Source: a virus
Taxonomy: Duplodnaviria; Caudoviricetes
DNA: 64,000 nucleotides
Strand: one strand, 5' to 3'
IMG/VR virus record: IMGVR_UViG_3300029998_000597
A model generated the notes under the pieces. The model did not search any database. It was not told the origin of the DNA and saw only the letters and a program-made list of their open reading frames with translations. The translations under genes and the position numbers were made by a program. Below, in pieces: positions 58,636 to 64,000 of this stretch (position 1 is its first letter; each line of letters starts with the position of its first letter).

Positions 58636-60060
58636 TTATAGGTATTTATTTATTAATTCCAATGCTTCATCTTTTGTTAAATCTGGATTTTCATACCAGG
58701 CATCTTGAATAACATCTAATAGTTCACCCATAAAAGGTGATGGCTTAACACCTAATCCAATTAGGTCACTCCCATTAATTGGTAAGTTTCTATTTGAATT
58801 ATTTATTTTAGAAGATAAATTATCAATTCTATCTCTAAGAATACCTATTTGATTAGGCATTGATGCTTCAGCTGTATGCGATATATTATCGGCGTGAATC
58901 AAGTCCAAAACCTGTTCGATATTATCACCAACAGTAGCTTTAAACTTTCGTAATGTTTTATCTAATAATTTATTTCCGTCATCACCGCCTTGTTTTAAAT
59001 ACATATGATTTTTAACTCCGCAAGCAACTATATCGATTATATCATTAGAATATTTTAAACGACTCATTATAGATCGCACTAATACTTCACTTTCTTTCTC
59101 ATGCCCCAAGAAATGAACTTCACCATTTTCGTCTATCGTTTTAGTAATAACCTTACCAATATCATGAAATAAAGCCATTAACCTTGTTTCCAAAACAGGA
59201 GGAGTATTATCCAGTACAGACATAGTATGTCCGAATACATCATTAATATGATATTTATTTTGTTTCATCCCAATAGTAGGGATTAACTCTTCAACAATAT
59301 AAGGTAATAGCCCAGTAACTTTCAATAACCGAATACCTTTAGCTGGATTATCAAATAATAATATTTTATTTAATTCGTCAGAAATACGTTCATTTGAAAT
59401 ATTATTTAACAAATATGCATTGTTTCTCATTACACGAATAGTATCTAAATCCAACTTGAAATTATATTTAACTGTAAACCGAACTGCGCGAAGCATTCTT
59501 AACCCATCCTGTTTAAATATTTCATCTGCATTTGATGTTGTTCGGATGATACCATTTTTAATATCATCGATACCATAACCAGTTAAATCAAGTATTTCAT
59601 TTGTTGAAACATTTTTTAGTAAAGAGTTGATTGTCAGATCACGACGAGAAACATCCACCTTTAAATCACCACCTACCACATCTGGTTTTCTTGAGTTAAT
59701 ATTATTATATGCTTCAGCCCTTGGAGCAACAAATTCTAAATCAATATTTGGTAAATTGAATACATTGTTATTTAAAGATAATTTTGAAGTTCCAAAACGT
59801 GGATAAATAACAGGATTTGAGTCCTCTTTATAATTGCCCAACTTGTTAGCAAGCCAAAATGAAAAGTTAATACCAGCATTGATATCTCCGTTAACTACAA
59901 AGTCAAGATCTTTAGCTGCCTTTCCCATCAACTCATCTCTCACTGCCCCGCCCGCCAAATAGATATTATTATCGTATTCGGTTCCAGCTATAAGATTTTT
60001 TAGGAAATCCAAGACTTCTTGTTCAAGTGTTCCTTCGGTTAAAACTTTTTTAATACTCAT
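58636..60060 (-). CDS. cca: CCA-adding tRNA nucleotidyltransferase with HD domain
   Basis: AGGAVRD, DLDF, EFVAPR, RRDLTIN, DGLRMLRAVRF, SNERISDEL, FHDIGK. Confidence 0.9.
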   Translation of the reverse strand: MSIKKVLTEGTLEQEVLDFLKNLIAGTEYDNNIYLAGGAVRDELMGKAAKDLDFVVNGDINAGINFSFWLANKLGNYKEDSNPVIYPRFGTSKLSLNNNVFNLPNIDLEFVAPRAEAYNNINSRKPDVVGGDLKVDVSRRDLTINSLLKNVSTNEILDLTGYGIDDIKNGIIRTTSNADEIFKQDGLRMLRAVRFTVKYNFKLDLDTIRVMRNNAYLLNNISNERISDELNKILLFDNPAKGIRLLKVTGLLPYIVEELIPTIGMKQNKYHINDVFGHTMSVLDNTPPVLETRLMALFHDIGKVITKTIDENGEVHFLGHEKESEVLVRSIMSRLKYSNDIIDIVACGVKNHMYLKQGGDDGNKLLDKTLRKFKATVGDNIEQVLDLIHADNISHTAEASMPNQIGILRDRIDNLSSKINNSNRNLPINGSDLIGLGVKPSPFMGELLDVIQDAWYENPDLTKDEALELINKYL

Positions 60061-61154
60061 CTTATTAGTTTATTTTTAAATTGTTTCTTAATTTCAGTCA
60101 TTTGGTCATTCGTCCCAAAAATCAATTTATTTAGGACATCTTTGTAATTAGATGAAATCCTATTATCAAGTTCGGAGTATACCATTGGTAAATATTCCTT
60201 CAATATACTTGGGACTGCGAAATAATGCATAAAATTTTCGGCAAACACCTCACTATGTTTACCAATATAATAGGAGCTACTGGCGTAAGTGATTGTTTTT
60301 GCATAACCCTCGTATTCACCTGAGATTCTGTGATCAAAATGGTGGCCAATCTCATGTATTAATGTATCAAGATCGATTATATTAGGTACTGTTATAATGC
60401 CAGCAACGTAATCAGCAAAATTACCTGGGCCGCCATCATATTCCCTTCTCTCAACTTTAAAATCAAAAATTTTTGATAGGTATTCAACATCCTCAACACT
60501 TGCAATTTTACCAGAAAGTTTCATAGCTGGAAATTCTCTTAATTGGAATATTCTATAGGCATATTTAACATAATTATCAAAGCTCATAAAATCATTCTTC
60601 TCTTTAATATTTTCTAAACTTGCATTATCTATAAATGACTGGTCCAAATCAACCGAATCGTAATCTATACCAAATTTATCTTTTAATACTTGTTTATATT
60701 TTCCATATCTTTCATTATTTGGATCTATTGAAATAATATCAATATACTGTTGTGCTTCCTCGTTATCCGATTCGAACCGAGATTCATTTATAGTTAACAA
60801 CCCACTAAATTTATTAAAATTTTCTTTCATTTCAGTTAAACCCTCCGATTTTTCACCATCAAGTTCCTTTTGCGCCCAATTTTTTGGTTTCGAAGCTGTA
60901 TAATAATCCAAGTTTTCTATTAAATGTTGTAATGCAATTATTTTCTGGAACTGAGTGTCCTCTAACGTATGCTCACGCTCTATTTGCTGCCCTATTTTGA
61001 GACTTTTTAATACATCCTTATCATCTACGTCATTTAACTCCGCAATGAGCGATATAGCCTTTGAAATCATTTTTTCAATATAGACCTGGTGAACTCCATT
61101 CTTCTTTGAATTAAAAATCGAATATAAGTAGTCAACTATTTCTTCTTTTGTCAT
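60057..61154 (-). CDS. DUF5661-like domain + zincin metallopeptidase
   Basis: IEREHT..IALQHLIENLDYYT; HEIGH..EVFAE. ATG 61154 (MTKEE) preferred because the late motif lies inside the longer ORF. Confidence 0.65.
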   Translation of the reverse strand: MTKEEIVDYLYSIFNSKKNGVHQVYIEKMISKAISLIAELNDVDDKDVLKSLKIGQQIEREHTLEDTQFQKIIALQHLIENLDYYTASKPKNWAQKELDGEKSEGLTEMKENFNKFSGLLTINESRFESDNEEAQQYIDIISIDPNNERYGKYKQVLKDKFGIDYDSVDLDQSFIDNASLENIKEKNDFMSFDNYVKYAYRIFQLREFPAMKLSGKIASVEDVEYLSKIFDFKVERREYDGGPGNFADYVAGIITVPNIIDLDTLIHEIGHHFDHRISGEYEGYAKTITYASSSYYIGKHSEVFAENFMHYFAVPSILKEYLPMVYSELDNRISSNYKDVLNKLIFGTNDQMTEIKKQFKNKLIR

Positions 61155-61175
61155 AATAATGATTGGTATATGTTT

Positions 61176-61185
61176 ATATAAATAG
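61176..61185 (-). promoter_or_regulatory. Putative late promoter
   Basis: CTATTTATAT 21 nt before ATG 61154. Confidence 0.55.
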
Positions 61186-61271
61186 TCATGAAATAGAAAA
61201 AGATACCTTTTTAGGGTATCTTTTGCAAATGTAGTGGAAATTTTTAATTTCGACAAATAAATTAACTTATG

Positions 61272-62747
61272 TTATGTTATTATTGATTCATATGGGTTAA
61301 TTGGTAATATATCCTTAGAAAATAATTCAGTGCTCCAACGTCTACCCATTCTATATTCAGAATTCTCAACTAATATAAATTGTTCTTTATTATAACAATT
61401 CAATAACGTATCATTATATACCCAAATAGCTTCAATTTTATTTATTTCCCCATTTGATTTTGATTTTAATGCTCCCATTCTTATATTTAATTTTCTTGAT
61501 GTTATTCCAATTTTATAATATTTACCATCATTAATTTTTAAATAATACAATATAGCAGGTTTTTCCCCAATTTTGGGATTTTCAATAAATATTGTTGAGT
61601 TATAACCCCCAACTAATTTATTATCTTTAATCAATTGTTCAATTCCACATTCAATACACCCTTGTCCCGATAAATGTTTTTGAGCTGATTTTGTAAATAT
61701 CCCGTGCTCAGGACAACATATTTTAATTTTACTTTTTTTATTTTTATAAATTTTTTCGTTTTCTATTGGATATGTATATTTATCCCCATGTACGATTTTA
61801 ATTTGTTCTATAGCATTAGCATAAGATTTTGTTCTATTTTTTGCCGAACTTTCCTTACCGCATTTGGGGCATCCACAGGTATTATTTAATAAAATTAAAT
61901 TTCTGGCAATAGTCTCAAAATTACCATGTTCTGGACAATAAGCCAAAATATTGGTTTTAGTAAGTCCATGCCATTCTCCTATTAACTTTAATGTTAATCT
62001 ATCCCCATGTTTATCAAAAACCCTTTTTTTTAAATCATCAAAGCTTACAGGTGGTTTAGGTTTTCTATTTTTGATCGATTTATAAGCTGAAGATCTATTT
62101 TCACTCCAGCATTCCATACAACCATATTTACTATTTAAATGTTTATCTGGTGATTGTGAAAATACTCCGTGTTCTGGGCAAATTATATCAACATGTATTT
62201 TTGCTGATATATATTCTACTAAAGAATAATCAAATTTATTACCATGTTTTTTAACTGCATTTTCTATAAATTTTTGTTTTTCTGTTTCATTTTTATGATC
62301 TGTTTCTTTATGAATTTCTTTAAATGAAAAAGCATAACACGATGGACACGGATACTCGGCGTTTAAATGATTTGTTGGTGATTGCTCAAATACTCCATGT
62401 TCTGGACATATAATTTTTACTTTTGTTTTGTAGTGTTGATAGTCAACCAAGGAATAGTCAAACTTATTATTATGTTTTAAATTTGCATTATTAATAAAAA
62501 TATCTTTTTCAATAATTCTTGATTTTTTATTTTTATCATCAATAGCACATTTTGGGCATCCAAAGATATATCTTAAATGATGAGTTGGCGTTTGGGTAAA
62601 AATTCCATGATCTGGACAGATAATATCTACTGGAATTTTAGCTGTTTTAAAATTAACCAAAGAATAGTCAAATTTATTATCATATTTTAAATTTGCATTC
62701 TTAATAAACGTTGCTTTTCTAATTTCTATATTATTACTTCTGGGCAT
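61272..62747 (-). CDS. Zinc-repeat (DUF723-like) protein with C-terminal GIY-YIG/T5orf172-like nuclease; putative homing endonuclease
   Basis: Five CPxHG repeats, then LYYLKI..YYKIGIT..R..E. Confidence 0.8.
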   Translation of the reverse strand: MPRSNNIEIRKATFIKNANLKYDNKFDYSLVNFKTAKIPVDIICPDHGIFTQTPTHHLRYIFGCPKCAIDDKNKKSRIIEKDIFINNANLKHNNKFDYSLVDYQHYKTKVKIICPEHGVFEQSPTNHLNAEYPCPSCYAFSFKEIHKETDHKNETEKQKFIENAVKKHGNKFDYSLVEYISAKIHVDIICPEHGVFSQSPDKHLNSKYGCMECWSENRSSAYKSIKNRKPKPPVSFDDLKKRVFDKHGDRLTLKLIGEWHGLTKTNILAYCPEHGNFETIARNLILLNNTCGCPKCGKESSAKNRTKSYANAIEQIKIVHGDKYTYPIENEKIYKNKKSKIKICCPEHGIFTKSAQKHLSGQGCIECGIEQLIKDNKLVGGYNSTIFIENPKIGEKPAILYYLKINDGKYYKIGITSRKLNIRMGALKSKSNGEINKIEAIWVYNDTLLNCYNKEQFILVENSEYRMGRRWSTELFSKDILPINPYESIIT

Positions 62748-62883
62748 TTAAATCGTTTTTCATCAAACTTATTATTCTCTTAGATAATGTATACCCATTA
62801 TCATCACAAAAGTTTTTATACTTCTCTTTAAAGTCAACACTTGTTCTGATCACGAAGTGTGTGTTTTTTAATTGTTTATCCAT
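62734..62883 (-). CDS. Ribbon-helix-helix-like protein (49 aa)
   Basis: Not in ORF track; MDKQLKNTHFVIRTSVDFKEKYKNFCDDNGYTLSKRIISLMKNDLNAQK; overlaps nuclease start. Confidence 0.75.
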   Translation of the reverse strand: MDKQLKNTHFVIRTSVDFKEKYKNFCDDNGYTLSKRIISLMKNDLNAQK

Positions 62884-62911
62884 ATTTGTTTTTGTTGGTA
62901 CGATTATTTTA

Positions 62912-62921
62912 ATATAAATAC
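62912..62921 (-). promoter_or_regulatory. Putative late promoter
   Basis: GTATTTATAT upstream of the RHH gene. Confidence 0.5.
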
Positions 62922-62964
62922 ATAAAATATTAATAAAATATCATATTTTCCTGAATTATTTTAA

Positions 62965-63000
62965 TAAAAAAAAGAGTTTACCAGTTAAGATAAACTCTCC
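62965..63000 (-). terminator. Intrinsic terminator after NAMPT
   Basis: AGAGTTTA/TAAACTCT stem plus T run on minus strand. Confidence 0.7.
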
Positions 63001-63018
63001 CATTATTTTTATTTATAG

Positions 63019-64000
63019 TTACGCTTTATTTATCTTTTCCCGAATTTCTGTTAAAGTTGTCCTTGAGATAAACTCTCCATTTTCAAAGATGAGTTTTAAT
63101 TCGCCTTGTCCTTCCTCTTCCCACGTACATTCATTTTTCAACTTATATGACCCATCAGAATCTTTATAAACTTGAAGTAAACCTTTAGCTGACTTTTTTA
63201 GCCCACGGTCTGTAACTGGATCTTTAAATATATTAACTCCAATTGTTTCAATCTCATTTGTTAAATCATTTATTTTTTCGATTTCGATAAATGTGGATTT
63301 TACAGCCCCTCCTTGATTATCGCGTGTACAGTAACCCATTGAAAATGATCCAGTTCCAAGCGTTATATTAGTAGTCGCAAAGCCTTTTTCTTTTAGTCTC
63401 TTACATATTTGTTCTGCCCTGTCCAGTGTAATGGCATCTCCGTAAACGCACCCGATAAATTTTGAAAGAACTTTAAAACCTTGATCATTTATATTACCTC
63501 CAAATATATCCCAAAGTAATTCAACTAACCCTTTATTCTCAGATATTGGTTCTATTTGGTTCCATGTACAATCAAGATATCCAAATCCTTTTGGTGTAAG
63601 TTCAAAATACACTTTATCAGATGTAACAATAAATTTAGCCCCATCTTTATTCTCATGAATATTCATTAAAGTGTAAACTTCTTTATGTGCTTCTGAATCA
63701 ATAACTAAATCAGATGATTTAAAATCTACTTGGTATGCGTTTCCACAGATAATATCCACTGGATTCCCCGAATCAGGGCGGATAATTAACTTACCATCAC
63801 GAGCAAGAATTGATTCTTTTAATTCTGGTAAAAATTTTGTCACAACTTGCCAAAGATCATATTGGTCTGATACTACAGATAATAATCCAGTTGGGAATAT
63901 TTTGATAAGCCTTTTAAACCCATCTATCTCATTTTCTTTTCCATAGGATGTCATACAGCTATGTTCAGAGGCTGGTATACTGAATCCAATATTCCTATCA
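63019..64000 (-). CDS. nadV: Nicotinamide phosphoribosyltransferase, 5'-truncated
   Basis: SIPASEHS (open to window edge), SVVSDQYD, IRPDSG, YGDAIT, RDNQGGAVK, KDPVTD..KKSAKG. Confidence 0.93.
   Translation of the reverse strand, partial: DRNIGFSIPASEHSCMTSYGKENEIDGFKRLIKIFPTGLLSVVSDQYDLWQVVTKFLPELKESILARDGKLIIRPDSGNPVDIICGNAYQVDFKSSDLVIDSEAHKEVYTLMNIHENKDGAKFIVTSDKVYFELTPKGFGYLDCTWNQIEPISENKGLVELLWDIFGGNINDQGFKVLSKFIGCVYGDAITLDRAEQICKRLKEKGFATTNITLGTGSFSMGYCTRDNQGGAVKSTFIEIEKINDLTNEIETIGVNIFKDPVTDRGLKKSAKGLLQVYKDSDGSYKLKNECTWEEEGQGELKLIFENGEFISRTTLTEIREKINKA

Noticed and set aside
61155-61256. 5' extension of the zincin ORF in the ORF track
   Set aside because: Contains the late motif and spans the intergenic region; MTKEE at 61154 is the better start.
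1803-61889. Short ORF-track entries antisense to, or nested out of frame in, long genes (e.g. 2519-2821, 8284-8592, 23165-23596, 26924-27223, 41432-41731, 54485-54907, 35580-35768, 52145-52330)
   Set aside because: Shadow ORFs with no motifs, promoters or coupling.
1-64000. Genome-wide stop-codon reassignment
   Set aside because: Long genes are intact in code 11, and TAG, TGA and TAA all end genes normally.
1-64000. tRNA, rRNA, cas, reverse transcriptase or tnpA genes
   Set aside because: No cloverleaf/T-loop or protein motifs recognised by eye; tRNAscan and HMM searches were not run.

Overview
AT-rich 64 kb segment of a large (jumbo-type) myovirus-like dsDNA phage in the standard genetic code. 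Nine identical-spacing TTG-N20-TA(C/T)ATTTG promoters point to a Bacteroidota host. It encodes: an intein-interrupted DnaB-like helicase; a class II ribonucleotide reductase; a T4-like baseplate/structural block (7.5-22.4 kb); a Rad50/SbcC-like ATPase; a sigma70-type factor; IMPDH/GMP reductase; three DNA methyltransferases; a Clp ATPase; a 5'-3' exonuclease; a CCA-adding enzyme; NAMPT; a tnpB-only IS200/IS605 element; two RHH + zinc-repeat nuclease cassettes; and many small hypothetical genes. The best novelty candidate is a cas-less CRISPR-like array (36-bp repeat, two 29-bp spacers, 35776-35925). Its first repeat is part of a protein-coding frame and each spacer encodes an alternative C-terminal tail. 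Other candidates: a dead terminase ATPase and capsid/portal-like fragments behind host-type promoters (possible decoys), a gene whose 5' and 3' UTRs base-pair, a structured 107-nt RNA upstream of HD/IMPDH, and late genes (including the CCA enzyme) carrying prohead-protease-type L/I-x-E motifs. All family assignments are from motif recognition; no database searches were run.
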